Shown: positions 40,101 through 51,843, counted from the first letter of the stretch. The stretch is DNA of 64,000 bases from Cyanobacteriota bacterium (GCA_033764955.1 JANRIL010000029.1:29878-93877); one strand, 5' to 3'. A program made the numbers and translations. The notes: generated by a model from the sequence alone, not told the origin.

Positions 40101-40131
40101 CAGGAATCCAGTCTGTGGCTGGCTGGGATCA

Positions 40132-41550
40132 ATGGCTTTGGGATCCCTACGTTGCTTGCTTGTCTTTTCCACGTCGTTTGTGAAACCGCCCACCTCCATG
40201 ATCTCTGATTGGACAACCTCCTCATGGGCAACCCCCCCCTTGCCCTCTTCCACTCTCACCTGGAACTGGCCGGAATTTCTCGATTCCCTCGGTCGGTTTG
40301 GGGTGCAGCAGGGATTGGAGCGAATGACGCTATTGTTAGAGCGCTTGGGGCAACCCCAGCAGGGGATCCCGGTCATCCATGTTGCCGGCACCAATGGCAA
40401 GGGATCCGTGTGTGCCCTGCTCAGCCATGTGTTGTGGAGGGCAGGCTATCGGGTAGGGCGCTATATTTCTCCCCATTTAATCAACTGGCGGGAACGGATC
40501 TGGGTCAACGGCGCATGGATTGCTGAGCCGGATTGGAGCCAAATTCTCTATCACCTGCAACAAACCCTCAAGAGCTATGACGCTTCTGACCTTTGCCCCA
40601 CCCAGTTTGATATCACCACCGCCGCCGCTTGGCTCTATTTTCGCCAGCAAGAGGTGAATGTAGTGGTGCTGGAGGTGGGCTTAGGGGGTCGTCTTGATTC
40701 CACCAACGCCAACATCCAAACGGAGATCAGTGTGATCACCACGATTGGGCGGGATCACTGGCAACGGTTGGGCAATACCCTCACCCTGATTGCGGGAGAG
40801 AAAGCCGGCATCTGCAAACCGCAGGTTCCCACCGTCAGCGCACCACAGGTTCCAGAAGTGCAGGCAGTGTTAGAGACCGTAACGAAGGAATTATCAGCTC
40901 CCTTGATCACCGCCTCCCCTGCCATTTGGGGATCCGGATCCCAACAAATTGTTTGGCAAGGACGGTCTTACCCCATGCCCCTACGCGGAGACGTGCAGTT
41001 GATCAACGGGGGGGTGGCTCTCACGGTTCTGGAACAGTTGCAACAACAGGGCTGGTCGATTAGTGATCAGACTATCTCCAGTGGCTTTGCCCAAACCCAC
41101 TGGCCTGGTCGCCTCCAGTCCATCACGATTCAGGGGCAGTCGGTTTTAATCGATGGTGCTCACAACGTGATTGCTGCCCAAGCCCTCCGCCATTTTGTGG
41201 ACAGTCATCTGCCGGGATCCGCCCTCTGGCTGGTGGGGATGCTGGAAAGCAAAGACTATGAAGGGATCCTGCAATGCCTGCTGCGACCTGGGGATCACTT
41301 CTACGCCCTGCCTATCGCCGGCCATGCCGCCTTATCCACTAGCGAGTTGATCCCCTTAGCCTGTCAGATTCAGCCGCAACTCACCACCAGCCAAGCCCTA
41401 GCCGATTTAGCTGCCCTAGAAACCCTGCTTCAACAGCTTGCCCAGCAACCAGTGCCCGCTTCTGACAAGCCTACCCCCATCCTCTGCGGATCTTTATATT
41501 TGATTGGGCAAGTGTTAGAAACATGTTTAGGTATGGACTTGGCCAACTGA
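40132..41550 (+). CDS. folC: folylpolyglutamate/dihydrofolate synthase
   Basis: IHVAGTNGKGSV, SPHL...ERI, LEVGLGGRLDSTN, WPGRLQ, DGAHN, GSLYLIG; true start may be 40198. Confidence 0.95.
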   Translation: MALGSLRCLLVFSTSFVKPPTSMISDWTTSSWATPPLPSSTLTWNWPEFLDSLGRFGVQQGLERMTLLLERLGQPQQGIPVIHVAGTNGKGSVCALLSHVLWRAGYRVGRYISPHLINWRERIWVNGAWIAEPDWSQILYHLQQTLKSYDASDLCPTQFDITTAAAWLYFRQQEVNVVVLEVGLGGRLDSTNANIQTEISVITTIGRDHWQRLGNTLTLIAGEKAGICKPQVPTVSAPQVPEVQAVLETVTKELSAPLITASPAIWGSGSQQIVWQGRSYPMPLRGDVQLINGGVALTVLEQLQQQGWSISDQTISSGFAQTHWPGRLQSITIQGQSVLIDGAHNVIAAQALRHFVDSHLPGSALWLVGMLESKDYEGILQCLLRPGDHFYALPIAGHAALSTSELIPLACQIQPQLTTSQALADLAALETLLQQLAQQPVPASDKPTPILCGSLYLIGQVLETCLGMDLAN

Positions 41551-41589
41551 CTTTCCTCCCCTGCCCAGCGATCTTCACCCTTCTCCATC

Positions 41590-41913
41590 ATGATCAAAAT
41601 TCCCGGTCATTTCCTCTACCAAGCCTTTCGGCGGGGGTTGCGCCATCCCCAGATCCGCCCCTGGTTAATCCTGGGCATCTTCACCTATCTAATCAGTCCC
41701 ATCGACTTGATCCCTTCCCTATTACCCATTGTGGGAGAGGTGGATGATCTGGTGTTACTCAGTATTCTGGGGGGAGAGTTGTTGCAAATGTGGATAGGGG
41801 ATCCCTTCCCCCCAGCAGCTTCTGGGCAAACTCGTAACGAGTCAGCTAGCGCCCCCGACCATCCAGCTAGTCAGCAGGTGATTGATGTGGCTGCCAAGGT
41901 CGTCGATTCCTAA
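41590..41913 (+). CDS. YkvA/DUF1232 family protein
   Basis: YLISPIDLIP..LPIVGEVDD. Confidence 0.88.
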   Translation: MIKIPGHFLYQAFRRGLRHPQIRPWLILGIFTYLISPIDLIPSLLPIVGEVDDLVLLSILGGELLQMWIGDPFPPAASGQTRNESASAPDHPASQQVIDVAAKVVDS

Positions 41914-41943
41914 GCCAGGATTGAAAGGAATGGCCGCCGGACA

Positions 41944-41973
41944 TTGACAACCTACCAACGAACTTGTTAGGAT
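41944..41973 (+). promoter_or_regulatory. sigma70-type promoter of the str operon
   Basis: TTGACA (41944-49), 18-bp spacer, TGn-TAGGAT (41965-73), ~55 bp upstream of rpsL. Confidence 0.7.
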
Positions 41974-42028
41974 AATCCACCGTTGCCTAAGTAAATTTGT
42001 CACCTATTCATCGCTAACCACGGTTTCC

Positions 42029-42445
42029 ATGCCTACCATTCAGCAGCTTATTCGGGAAGAACGCGGTGTCGCGGACAAAAAGACCAAATCACCTGCCCTG
42101 AAGGCTTGTCCACAGCGTCGGGGGGTTTGCACTAGAGTCTACACCACAACCCCCAAAAAGCCCAATTCTGCTTTGCGAAAGGTGGCTAGGGTACGCTTAA
42201 CCTCCGGCTTTGAGGTAACCGCCTACATCCCTGGAATCGGTCATAACTTGCAGGAACACTCGGTGGTCATGATTCGAGGTGGACGGGTCAAGGATCTGCC
42301 GGGTGTGCGTTATCACATCATTCGGGGCACCCTAGACGCAGCGGGCGTTAAGGATCGTAAGCAGGGGCGTTCCAAATATGGAGCCAAGCGTCCCAAACCA
42401 GGGGCTGCCGCGACTCCTGCCGGTAAGGGTGGCAAGAAGAAATAA
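42029..42445 (+). CDS. rpsL: 30S ribosomal protein S12
   Basis: MPTIQQLIR...[17 protein letters not shown]...[11 protein letters not shown]. Confidence 0.99.
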   Translation: MPTIQQLIREERGVADKKTKSPALKACPQRRGVCTRVYTTTPKKPNSALRKVARVRLTSGFEVTAYIPGIGHNLQEHSVVMIRGGRVKDLPGVRYHIIRGTLDAAGVKDRKQGRSKYGAKRPKPGAAATPAGKGGKKK

Positions 42446-42507
42446 CACCCCTCATCTCCCTAGACAACTCCTTTAGGAAATCGCTCAATTTCGGGATCCC
42501 TCTCTAT

Positions 42508-42978
42508 ATGTCTCGCCGCAACCGTGCTCCCCATCGTGATGTTCCTTCCGATGCCAAATACAATAGCCGCTTGGTGACCATGCTGATTCGCAAATTGATG
42601 TTGCGGGGCAAGGCTTCCTTGGCGGCTCGCATTACCTACGACGCTATGGCACTGATTGAAGAACGGACAGGGGGTGAGCCGCTTACCCTAGTGGAAAATG
42701 CCATCCGCAATGCTACGCCTATGGTAGAGGTGAAAGCTCGACGGGTGGGAGGGGCTACCTATCAAGTGCCCATGGAAGTGCGGGGAGATCGCGGTACCTC
42801 ACTGGCTCTGCGCTGGATTATTCAGTTTGCCCGTACCCGTCCTGGTCGCACCATGTCAGCAAAGCTTGCCAATGAGTTGATGGATGCCGCCAACGAAACG
42901 GGCAACGCTATCCGACGGCGAGAGGAAACCCATCGGATGGCTGATGCCAACAAGGCCTTTGCCCATTACCGCTACTAA
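42508..42978 (+). CDS. rpsG: 30S ribosomal protein S7
   Basis: MSRR...[13 protein letters not shown]...[15 protein letters not shown]. Confidence 0.99.
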   Translation: MSRRNRAPHRDVPSDAKYNSRLVTMLIRKLMLRGKASLAARITYDAMALIEERTGGEPLTLVENAIRNATPMVEVKARRVGGATYQVPMEVRGDRGTSLALRWIIQFARTRPGRTMSAKLANELMDAANETGNAIRRREETHRMADANKAFAHYRY

Positions 42979-43200
42979 CTTGTATAAAGGATTCTGCCAT
43001 TTCCCCCGATAGATTAGGATCCCCCCACCTACTGGCTAAGCGGTAGTCAAGGTCAGCCTCCTGACCTTCTGGAAAGTGGAGAAGCCCCTTACCAATTGCC
43101 CCCCAGAATATCTCTTGTCGGTTCCTAAAAAACGTTAGAATTGTTAAGCAACATTTAGCTTGATCCGCAGATAGACTGCGTCAGCATCAGGGAGGTCATC

Positions 43201-45324
43201 GTGGCACGCACAGTTCCTCTGGAACGAGTCAGAAATATCGGTATCGCTGCCCACATAGATGCGGGCAAAACCACCACGACTGAACGCATCCTGTTTTACT
43301 CCGGCATGATTCACAAGATCGGCGAGGTGCATGAAGGAACAGCGGTCACGGACTGGATGGCTCAAGAGCGGGAGCGGGGCATTACTATCACGGCTGCTGC
43401 CATCACCACCGCTTGGACCAGACGGGATCCGGCTAATCCTAACCAGCCCAAGGCAGGTGCGCTAGAACATAAAATCAATATCATCGATACGCCAGGGCAC
43501 GTTGACTTCACGATTGAGGTGGAGCGCTCCATGCGGGTGTTGGATGGCGTGATCACCGTACTTTGCTCCGTTGGTGGCGTTCAACCTCAGACCGAAACCG
43601 TCTGGCGACAGGCCAACCGCTACAACGTACCCCGCTTCATTTTTGTCAACAAAATGGATCGCACGGGAGCCAACTTCTACAAGGTTTTGGATCAAGTTCG
43701 GGATCGCCTAAAAGCTAATGCTGTGCCCATTCAACTACCGATTGGTGCGGAAGATTTGTTCCGTGGTGTTGTGGATTTGGTTACCATGCAAGCCTATATC
43801 TACACCAACGACCAAGGTACTGATATTCAGGTGGCTGAGATTCCAGCCGACATGCAGGAACAAGCTCAGGAGTATCGGGTCAAGTTGATCGAGAGCGTTT
43901 CCGAAACGGATGATGCGTTGCTGGAAAAATACTTCAGTGGCGAGGAGCTCTCCATTGATGAGATTCGTTCTGCCCTGCGTAAAGGCACCATTGCCGGCCA
44001 GATCGTCCCCATGATCTGCGGTTCTGCCTTCAAGAACAAAGGGGTGCAATTTCTCTTGGATGCCGTAATTGATTATCTGCCTGCTCCTGTTGATGTAGCC
44101 GCCATCAAAGGCCAGACTACCTCTGGTCAAGAAATTGAACGCCATGCCAATGATGACGAGCCGATGTCTGCCCTTGCTTTCAAGATTATGGCGGATCCCT
44201 ATGGCCGTCTCACCTTTGTGCGGGTTTATTCTGGTGTGTTGCAAAAAGGCAGTTATGCCCTCAATGCTACCAAGGGCAAAAAAGAACGCATCTCTCGCCT
44301 GATTGTGCTAAAGGCTGATGATCGCATCGAAGTGGATGAGTTGCGAGCCGGAGATCTAGGAGCGGTGCTGGGGCTGAAGGATACCTTCACCGGAGACACT
44401 CTTTGTGATGAACAAAAATCCGTAATTTTGGAATCCCTATTTATTCCAGAACCTGTCATCTCGGTGGCGGTGGAACCCAAGACCAAAGCAGATATTGATA
44501 AGCTTTCTAAGGCTTTGCAATCTCTTTCTGAAGAGGATCCCACCTTCCGTGTACGAGTGGATCCCGAAACAAATCAGACTGTCATCTCTGGCATGGGAGA
44601 GTTGCATCTTGAAATTCTTGTGGATCGAATGATGCGCGAGTTCAAGGTGGAAGCCAACGTTGGAGCCCCACAGGTGGCCTACCGTGAGACCATTCGCAAA
44701 CCCGTCACTCGTGTGGAGGGCAAATTCGTCCGCCAAAGTGGGGGACGTGGTCAATACGGCCATGTTGTGATTGACTTAGAACCTGCCGAACCGGGTACAG
44801 GCTTTGAATTTGTTTCCAAAATTGTTGGGGGGGTTGTTCCCAAGGAATATGTCAATCCAACCGAGCAGGGTATTAAAGAAGCCTGTGAGTCAGGAGTGTT
44901 GGCGGGTTATCCCTTGATTGATGTGCGAGCCACCTTGGTGGATGGCTCCTATCACGAAGTAGACTCCAACGAAATGGCCTTCAAAATTGCTGGATCCATG
45001 GCTCTTAAAGAGGCTGTCAGACGGGCTAATCCTGTCCTATTGGAACCCATGATGAAGGTTGAGGTCGAAGTACCCGAAAATTTCTTGGGGGATGTCATTG
45101 GTGACATCAACTCTCGTCGTGGGCAAATGGAGGGTATGGACTCGGTGGCGGGTATTTCTAAGGTGATGGCCAAGGTTCCGCTTTCGGAAATGTTTGGCTA
45201 TGCCACGGATATTCGCTCCAACACACAAGGGCGGGGCACCTTCACCATGGAGTTCAGCCAATACGATGAAGTGCCGCGCAGTATCGCGGAAACCATCATT
45301 GCTAAAAACAAAGGGAACGAGTAG
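43201..45324 (+). CDS. fusA: elongation factor G (GTG start)
   Basis: [36 protein letters not shown]. Confidence 0.99.
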   Translation: MARTVPLERVRNIGIAAHIDAGKTTTTERILFYSGMIHKIGEVHEGTAVTDWMAQERERGITITAAAITTAWTRRDPANPNQPKAGALEHKINIIDTPGHVDFTIEVERSMRVLDGVITVLCSVGGVQPQTETVWRQANRYNVPRFIFVNKMDRTGANFYKVLDQVRDRLKANAVPIQLPIGAEDLFRGVVDLVTMQAYIYTNDQGTDIQVAEIPADMQEQAQEYRVKLIESVSETDDALLEKYFSGEELSIDEIRSALRKGTIAGQIVPMICGSAFKNKGVQFLLDAVIDYLPAPVDVAAIKGQTTSGQEIERHANDDEPMSALAFKIMADPYGRLTFVRVYSGVLQKGSYALNATKGKKERISRLIVLKADDRIEVDELRAGDLGAVLGLKDTFTGDTLCDEQKSVILESLFIPEPVISVAVEPKTKADIDKLSKALQSLSEEDPTFRVRVDPETNQTVISGMGELHLEILVDRMMREFKVEANVGAPQVAYRETIRKPVTRVEGKFVRQSGGRGQYGHVVIDLEPAEPGTGFEFVSKIVGGVVPKEYVNPTEQGIKEACESGVLAGYPLIDVRATLVDGSYHEVDSNEMAFKIAGSMALKEAVRRANPVLLEPMMKVEVEVPENFLGDVIGDINSRRGQMEGMDSVAGISKVMAKVPLSEMFGYATDIRSNTQGRGTFTMEFSQYDEVPRSIAETIIAKNKGNE

Positions 45325-45343
45325 ATAAAGGAAGACACGAATC

Positions 45344-46573
45344 ATGGCACGCGCTAAGTTTGAACGAACCAAGCCTCACGTCAACATTGGCACTATCGGT
45401 CACGTTGATCACGGCAAAACCACCTTAACGGCGGCGATCACCTCTACATTGGCAGCTTTGGGTCAGGCTACTGCCAAGAAATATGATGAGATTGATGCGG
45501 CTCCCGAAGAGAAGGCACGGGGTATTACCATTAACACCGCCCACGTTGAGTATCAAACTGAGTCTCGCCACTACGCCCATGTGGACTGTCCTGGTCACGC
45601 GGACTATGTAAAGAATATGATCACCGGGGCTGCCCAGATGGATGGAGGGATCCTAGTGGTGTCGGCAGCCGATGGCCCGATGCCCCAGACTCGTGAGCAT
45701 ATCCTTTTGGCCCGCCAGGTAGGCGTTCCTAACCTGGTAGTCTTCATGAACAAAGAAGATATGGTGGATGATGCTGAACTGCTGGAGTTGGTGGAGTTAG
45801 AGGTTCGCGATCTGCTAAGCAGTTACGACTTTCCTGGCGATGATATCCCGATTGTCAAGGGATCGGCCTTAAAAGCCCTGGAGAAAATGCAGGCCAACCC
45901 GAAAACAGCTCGTGGAGATGATCCATGGGTGGATAAGATCTACGAATTGATGGATGCGGTTGATTCCTACATTCCTACTCCAGAGCGGGATATAGATAAA
46001 CCCTTCTTGATGGCCGTGGAAGATGTTTTCTCGATCACGGGTCGGGGGACGGTAGCTACTGGTCGGATTGAGCGGGGCAAGGTTAAGGTAGGTGAAACCG
46101 TCGAACTGGTTGGTCTGGCGGATACTCGTTCCACTACAGTGACTGGCTTGGAAATGTTCCAGAAGACCTTAGATGAAGGGATGGCTGGTGACAACGTGGG
46201 TGTGCTGCTCCGCGGGATCCAGAAGGAACAGATCGAGCGAGGCATGGTGCTGGCTAAGCCCAAGTCCATCACTCCCCATACCAACTTTGAGTCTGAGGTC
46301 TACATCCTCAAGAAGGAAGAGGGTGGTCGTCATACCCCCTTCTTCTCCGGCTATCGCCCCCAGTTTTATGTTCGTACCACTGATGTGACGGGAACCATTT
46401 CTGCTTTTACGGCTGACGATGGCTCTTCTCCAGAGATGATTATGCCTGGGGATCGCATCAAGATGACGGTGGAATTGATCCAGCCCATTGCCATTGAGCA
46501 GGGTATGCGTTTTGCTATCCGCGAAGGTGGTCGTACCGTGGGAGCCGGTGTTGTCTCCAAAATCTTGAAATAA
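45344..46573 (+). CDS. tuf: elongation factor Tu
   Basis: [35 protein letters not shown]. Confidence 0.99.
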   Translation: MARAKFERTKPHVNIGTIGHVDHGKTTLTAAITSTLAALGQATAKKYDEIDAAPEEKARGITINTAHVEYQTESRHYAHVDCPGHADYVKNMITGAAQMDGGILVVSAADGPMPQTREHILLARQVGVPNLVVFMNKEDMVDDAELLELVELEVRDLLSSYDFPGDDIPIVKGSALKALEKMQANPKTARGDDPWVDKIYELMDAVDSYIPTPERDIDKPFLMAVEDVFSITGRGTVATGRIERGKVKVGETVELVGLADTRSTTVTGLEMFQKTLDEGMAGDNVGVLLRGIQKEQIERGMVLAKPKSITPHTNFESEVYILKKEEGGRHTPFFSGYRPQFYVRTTDVTGTISAFTADDGSSPEMIMPGDRIKMTVELIQPIAIEQGMRFAIREGGRTVGAGVVSKILK

Positions 46574-46590
46574 GCAGTGGTTCACAGGCG

Positions 46591-46653
46591 CAGGGGTTAA
46601 GGTTAGACAGGTGGCCGGATGGCTTTCCATGACCTTAATCCCTGTTCTTTTCT
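46591..46653 (+). terminator. stem-loop with pyrimidine tail between tuf and rpsJ
   Basis: CAGGGGTTAAGGTT (46591-604) pairs with GACCTTAATCCCTG (46631-644) including G-U pairs, then TTCTTTTCT. Confidence 0.45.
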
Positions 46654-46677
46654 CGTTTTGTATAGGGATCCCCAACT

Positions 46678-46995
46678 ATGGCTACCTTGACTCAGCAAAA
46701 AATTCGTATCCGTCTTAAGGGGTACGACCATCGGCTACTCGATACCTCCTGTGACAAAATTGTGGAAACGGCTCGCCGTACCGAAGCGGTGCCGGTGGGG
46801 CCAATTCCCCTACCGACGCGGCGGCGCATTTATTGTGTGTTGCGCTCTCCCCACGTGGACAAAGACTCACGCGAGCATTTTGAAACCCGCACCCATCGCC
46901 GTATTATTGACATTTATTCCCCATCCTCCAAAACCATTGATGCTCTGATGAAGCTGGACTTGCCAGCCGGAGTAGATATCGAAGTCAAACTCTAG
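46678..46995 (+). CDS. rpsJ: 30S ribosomal protein S10
   Basis: [10 protein letters not shown]...GPIPLPT...[14 protein letters not shown]. Confidence 0.99.
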   Translation: MATLTQQKIRIRLKGYDHRLLDTSCDKIVETARRTEAVPVGPIPLPTRRRIYCVLRSPHVDKDSREHFETRTHRRIIDIYSPSSKTIDALMKLDLPAGVDIEVKL

Positions 46996-47007
46996 GCTTG
47001 GGGAATC

Positions 47008-47826
47008 ATGGTAACTGGGCGGATCCCTGTCATCGTCAACGGTGCTCTCGGCAAAATGGGGCGGGAAGTAGTGCGAACCCTCCTGAGAGCGGAGGATATG
47101 CATCTGCTGGGCGTGGTGGATCGCACCCAAATTGGGGAGGATATTGGGCAGGTAATGGGGATGGGATCCCTAGATCTGCTGATTACTGATGATCTGCAAA
47201 GTCAGTTGCTCCTCCTCAGCCAGGAACGCCAACCGGGAGTGATGGTGGATTTTACCCATCCTGATGGTCTTTACGAAACGATTCGGGCGGCTATTGCCTT
47301 TGGGATTCGCCCGGTGGTAGGAACGACAGGGTTGACGGTTGAACAAATCCACGAACTCAGCGAGTTTGCCGACAAAGCCAGTATCGGTTGTTTAATTGCC
47401 CCCAACTTTTCTGTTGGTATGGTTCTCTTGCAGCAAATGGCTGTCCAGGCTTCGCAATACTTTGACCATGTTGAAATCATCGAGCTGCACCACAACGAAA
47501 AAGCGGATGCTCCCAGTGGCACTGCCCTCAAAACTGCCCAGCTTTTGAGCGAACTGGGCAAGTGGTTTAATCCTTCTCTTGTTAACGAAAAAGAACTGGT
47601 GGCAGGGGTTAGGGGGGGAATGACGGGCGAAAACATCCGCATCCACAGTCTGCGCTTGCCGGGACTCTTGGCGCATCAAGAGGTGATTTTCGGAGGATTG
47701 GGGCAGACCCTCACCCTTCGCCATGACACGACGGATCGCACCGCTTATATGCCAGGGGTATTACTAGGGATCCGTAAGGTGGTGGAGTTAAAAAGCCTCG
47801 TCTATGGGCTGGAAAAAATCCTGTAA
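47008..47826 (+). CDS. dapB: 4-hydroxy-tetrahydrodipicolinate reductase
   Basis: [37 protein letters not shown]. Confidence 0.97.
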   Translation: MVTGRIPVIVNGALGKMGREVVRTLLRAEDMHLLGVVDRTQIGEDIGQVMGMGSLDLLITDDLQSQLLLLSQERQPGVMVDFTHPDGLYETIRAAIAFGIRPVVGTTGLTVEQIHELSEFADKASIGCLIAPNFSVGMVLLQQMAVQASQYFDHVEIIELHHNEKADAPSGTALKTAQLLSELGKWFNPSLVNEKELVAGVRGGMTGENIRIHSLRLPGLLAHQEVIFGGLGQTLTLRHDTTDRTAYMPGVLLGIRKVVELKSLVYGLEKIL

Positions 47827-47858
47827 AACCCAGTCCTTAGGGTTGTATTTGGTGATGC

Positions 47859-48446
47859 CTAGGTTGCGGGTGGGGAAGAGAGGGGATCCCGAACAATTAA
47901 TGCCAAATCCACCATGTTTTCAGCAGGCTGACTCAACTCTACTTCGACATCTCTGCCAAAAAAACCTTGCATCTTTTTGGCTTGGCTATCCTGCCATTGA
48001 GTAAAGGCAACCGCCGGAGAATGAAAGCGGAGCAGCAATGTGTAGCGGCCTTGCCGTAGAGCTTCCTGATAGCCCACTACCTTAGGGAGATCGGCTTCGG
48101 TAGGTCCTCGTAGACCCAAAAACTCCAGAGCATCCTCCAGATGGGCATTGGCTCCATAATTGTACTTGGTGATATCCGCTCGCACCTGCTGCTGAATCGT
48201 CGTGGCCTGCTGGCTGCGTTGCTGAGCCAGTTCGTTCAGCGCCGCCCCACTCGGTGGTTCGAGGGGAGGAACGGGCTTAAGCTCCACCACTTTCATGGTC
48301 ACCCCCCCTAACAGCAAGGGGATCCCGGCAAAAATCCCGCTCAAATTTAAGACAGGATCGTTGTAGTTAAGAAATCCCCAAGCGGTGAGCGCCATGCCCG
48401 CCACCAAAACGATCGAACTAATCGGAAAAGGCAAGCGTTCAAACAT
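47859..48446 (-). CDS. DUF2854 family membrane protein
   Basis: GIPLLLGG..MK..ELKPVP, QAT..Q.QVR.D.T.Y.YG..AHL, FFG; start at MFERL. Confidence 0.8.
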   Translation of the reverse strand: MFERLPFPISSIVLVAGMALTAWGFLNYNDPVLNLSGIFAGIPLLLGGVTMKVVELKPVPPLEPPSGAALNELAQQRSQQATTIQQQVRADITKYNYGANAHLEDALEFLGLRGPTEADLPKVVGYQEALRQGRYTLLLRFHSPAVAFTQWQDSQAKKMQGFFGRDVEVELSQPAENMVDLALIVRDPLSSPPAT

Positions 48447-48564
48447 AAGCAAGCGAAGCCAGAACAACAATAATTTGGGACAGGAAGCCAATTCCCCTCA
48501 AGGAGCAAGAGAGGATTGGTATAGACGCTAACTCGGATGGGAGCGATAATGACAAACCGTAGGT

Positions 48565-50121
48565 GTGTGTGAGGAAACCTTGTTAGCTCCTAAGACTTTA
48601 CGTAGCTTACGCTCCCTTGACCCCGAATCTCAAGCCCGTGCCCCCCTGTTTGAAGCGATTCGCCATTATTGCGGGCTGGATAAAGCTCCCTTCCATACCC
48701 CCGGACATAAACAGGGTCGAGGGATCCCGACGGAATTGCGGGATTTATTGGGGGAGATGGTGTTTCGGGCGGATCTGACGGAGCTACCGGAGGTGGATAA
48801 CCTGCATGACCCCGATGGAGCAATTCAGGAGGCGCAGGAATTGGCAGCGGCGGCCTACGGAGCGGAGCGCACCTGGTTTTTGGTGAATGGCTCGACCTGT
48901 GGTGTTGAGACTTTGGTCATGGCGGTCTGTGATCCCGCAGACAAGATTTTGCTGCCGCGCAACTGTCATAAGTCCGCTATTGCTGGCGTGATTTTGTCAG
49001 GAGCCATCCCGATTTTTGTTGAGCCAGATTTTGACCGCGATTTGGGAATAGCCCACGGCTTAACCCCCCAGGCTATCCAACAGACCCTCAGCCTCCATCC
49101 CGATGTCAAGGGGATCCTGATCGTCAGCCCCACCTACTATGGTGTAGGTAGCCACCTGTCCGCCATCGCTCAGTTAGCCCATGACCATGACCTGCCTCTG
49201 CTGGTGGATGAGGCTCACGGCCCGCATTTTGCCTTTCATGAGCATCTGCCCCTCTCAGCCCTAGAAGCCGGAGCCGATTTGGTGGTGCAGTCTACCCACA
49301 AGGTTTTAGCTGGCATGACGCAGGCGGCTTTATTGCATGTCCAGGGATCCCGCATTGACCGCAACCGTGTTCGCAATATTCTGCAACTGTTACAGTCCAC
49401 CAGCCCGAACTATGTGTTGATGATGTCGTTGGATGTGGCTCGTCGCCAAATGGCTTTACAGGGTCGAGAGTTGCTTGACAAAACGATTCTGCTCGCCGAA
49501 GAAGCTCGGCAACGGCTGAATCGGATCCCTGGCATCCAGTGTTTTGGGGCGGAACGGGTGGGATCCACCCCTGGTTTTTTTGATTTTGACCGGACGCGCT
49601 TAACCGTCACGGTGACCGGGCTAGGACTGTTTGGCTTTGCAGCCGATGATCTGATTAACCAGCGCTTTCATGTACAACCGGAGATGTCCACCCTGCATAA
49701 CGTTGTCTTCATTGTTAGCTTGGGTAACACCCAACGGGATGTGGATCGCCTAGTGGAAAGTTTTGCTGCCCTCTCCGCTGAGTATCAGATGCGGGATCCT
49801 TTGGCAGGAGCTGAGCAGGAGTTGATCGCTAAGATGCAACGATTAGCCGCCATCCAGTTGCCCCCTTTGCCCCCCCGCCGTCTTTCCCCTCGCGAAGCCT
49901 TTTTTGCCGACATTCACCGCATTCCCTTTGCCCAGGCTGTCGGCCAGATTTGTGCCGAAATTATCTCCCCCTATCCTCCTGGGATCCCGATTTTGGTGCC
50001 TGGAGAAGAGGTGACGCAGGCCGCTCTCGATTACCTGCTGCTGGTACACGAAGCAGGGGGGTTTATCAATGGTCCGGAAGATGTGCGCCTGCAAACTCTC
50101 AAAGTGGTGAAAACTTCCTGA
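48565..50121 (+). CDS. PLP-dependent Orn/Lys/Arg decarboxylase (class I)
   Basis: FHTPGHKQG, FLVNGST, RNCHKS, VDEAHG, QSTHK (PLP Lys), PYPPGIP. Confidence 0.93.
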   Translation: MCEETLLAPKTLRSLRSLDPESQARAPLFEAIRHYCGLDKAPFHTPGHKQGRGIPTELRDLLGEMVFRADLTELPEVDNLHDPDGAIQEAQELAAAAYGAERTWFLVNGSTCGVETLVMAVCDPADKILLPRNCHKSAIAGVILSGAIPIFVEPDFDRDLGIAHGLTPQAIQQTLSLHPDVKGILIVSPTYYGVGSHLSAIAQLAHDHDLPLLVDEAHGPHFAFHEHLPLSALEAGADLVVQSTHKVLAGMTQAALLHVQGSRIDRNRVRNILQLLQSTSPNYVLMMSLDVARRQMALQGRELLDKTILLAEEARQRLNRIPGIQCFGAERVGSTPGFFDFDRTRLTVTVTGLGLFGFAADDLINQRFHVQPEMSTLHNVVFIVSLGNTQRDVDRLVESFAALSAEYQMRDPLAGAEQELIAKMQRLAAIQLPPLPPRRLSPREAFFADIHRIPFAQAVGQICAEIISPYPPGIPILVPGEEVTQAALDYLLLVHEAGGFINGPEDVRLQTLKVVKTS

Positions 50122-50153
50122 ATGGATTGATCCACCGCTTACGAAGGCTTCCC

Positions 50154-50184
50154 AAAAAAATCCTCTGCCTTTGGGCAGAGGATT
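50154..50184 (-). terminator. intrinsic terminator between convergent genes
   Basis: AATCCTCTGCC-tttg-GGCAGAGGATT 11-bp stem; A7 run on its left is a U-tract on the minus strand. Confidence 0.75.
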
Positions 50185-50228
50185 AAGAACAAAAAAATCC
50201 ACAGAAACCGCTAACCGTTAGCCAGAGG

Positions 50229-51539
50229 TTAGGAGAGCAATTCCTCTACCGCTTCTTCCTTAGTGTTGGTGCGGCGGGCTAGAGTGCGCCGATCAAAAGT
50301 CATGTGAATTTCACGGTTTTGCTCGCCATCTACTGCCACCGCAAAGATGGGGAAATCAATGTTGCCATCCGGGAAGGCCATGTGGAAGCGGAAGGTGCCA
50401 TCGGGACTGAGTTGAATCTGCCGACCGCCAATCGTAACGGTGGCATCAGGCTCGGTAGCTCCATAGACAATCAATTCCGCATCCGCCACTAGCCAAAACT
50501 TGCGAGAACGCTGCGGCAACACCTCAGAAGCGCCGGAAAACAGACCCAAGCCAGAGCCGGAGGCCATCCAAGGAGCCGCCGGAGCCACCGCCGCCCCAGG
50601 GATCGCGGCTGCCCCCACCATCATGCCCACGCCAGAAGGGATGACGAAGGAGCTGAGGGTTTCGGCAGGGATCATTTGGCGGCTGCCCATCTGGTGACTG
50701 CCAAACAGGGATCCCGCGACCCAATGGGTTTCAAAGCTTTCTAAGCCGAGAATCTCGGTGGTCAAGTTGGGGGGAGTGGGTTGAGGAGGCTGAGTTTCAT
50801 GTCCGGCATAGGCCACCAATCCCAAACCTTGGGGAGCACGCTTGTAGGGTTCGTGCAGTTGGTAGAGGGTCTTGCCATGTAGCCCTAGACCAAAAGGCAC
50901 GGTCATGAAATGCTCTTCAAACCAGTCGGAGGGATAGGTAGGAGGCACCATCACCGCCGCCGAACGGGCTAACATCAACCAGCGTCCGTCTGCACAACGA
51001 TAGCCAATCTCCACCACAAACGAGCGATCACTGACCGGAATCGGCAAATACCACTCCCGCGCCAACTCATCACAGGGATATTCCTGCATACTGTGGGCAG
51101 CCTGACGGGTGAAATCAATGTCGGTCACATCATAAAGACGCAGCGCCAACTGCTGCCCCCCCTGAGCGCGTAACTGATCTTTGTGTTCGTTGGGGACATC
51201 CCAATAGGCGTAGGCCCACTGGGGATCCCGTGGCAGGAGCATAATCCGACTTTCTCCATATCCGCCTGGCAAATCGCCCAACTCTTGATCCACCGCCGCC
51301 AGATGACGGTTATCTTGCACTCCACCGGCATGAAACTTTGCACTAGCCACTTTATCTTTCTCCTGAGGGGCTGGGGTAGTAGGTTTAACGATCCCACTTT
51401 GTGCCGCCTGAGCTTCTCGGATGGCTAAGAGGAGCTGATCCTTGGTCATGCGGCTATAGCGAGAAATCTCAAATTCCATTGCTTTGGCACGCAACTGCCG
51501 CAGCGTTAGATCCTCAAGGGGAGAGCGGTCTGTAGTCAT
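50229..51539 (-). CDS. DUF4912 domain protein with N-terminal Rho-N-like motif
   Basis: LEDLTLRQLR..A....ISRYSRM.K..L; LPGGYGESRI.LLPRDPQWAYAYWD; FWLVADAELIVYGATEPDA. Confidence 0.88.
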   Translation of the reverse strand: MTTDRSPLEDLTLRQLRAKAMEFEISRYSRMTKDQLLLAIREAQAAQSGIVKPTTPAPQEKDKVASAKFHAGGVQDNRHLAAVDQELGDLPGGYGESRIMLLPRDPQWAYAYWDVPNEHKDQLRAQGGQQLALRLYDVTDIDFTRQAAHSMQEYPCDELAREWYLPIPVSDRSFVVEIGYRCADGRWLMLARSAAVMVPPTYPSDWFEEHFMTVPFGLGLHGKTLYQLHEPYKRAPQGLGLVAYAGHETQPPQPTPPNLTTEILGLESFETHWVAGSLFGSHQMGSRQMIPAETLSSFVIPSGVGMMVGAAAIPGAAVAPAAPWMASGSGLGLFSGASEVLPQRSRKFWLVADAELIVYGATEPDATVTIGGRQIQLSPDGTFRFHMAFPDGNIDFPIFAVAVDGEQNREIHMTFDRRTLARRTNTKEEAVEELLS

Positions 51540-51843
51540 AGATTTTGTCTCCTATCCTCAACTCAGTAAAAACACTCAACCTGCCAGCAAAATTAGCAGG
51601 GATCCAATGGGCGGGGATCAAGGGGGATCAAAGAAATTATTAACATCATGCGGCATTTTTACTTAGGGGTCAAGGGGCGGGGATCAAAGGGGATCAAGCC
51701 AGGATCCTAGGGGCAAGATAGGCTTGGGCTAAGGCTTTCCTCTCCATAAGGGTCAATTTTATCCCCCGCTCAAGGGGGTTCTTTGCCGGGTCTGATGGGG
51801 GGAACAGTTGCTAGGGTAGGGCAGTGATATAGGACGGATCGCT

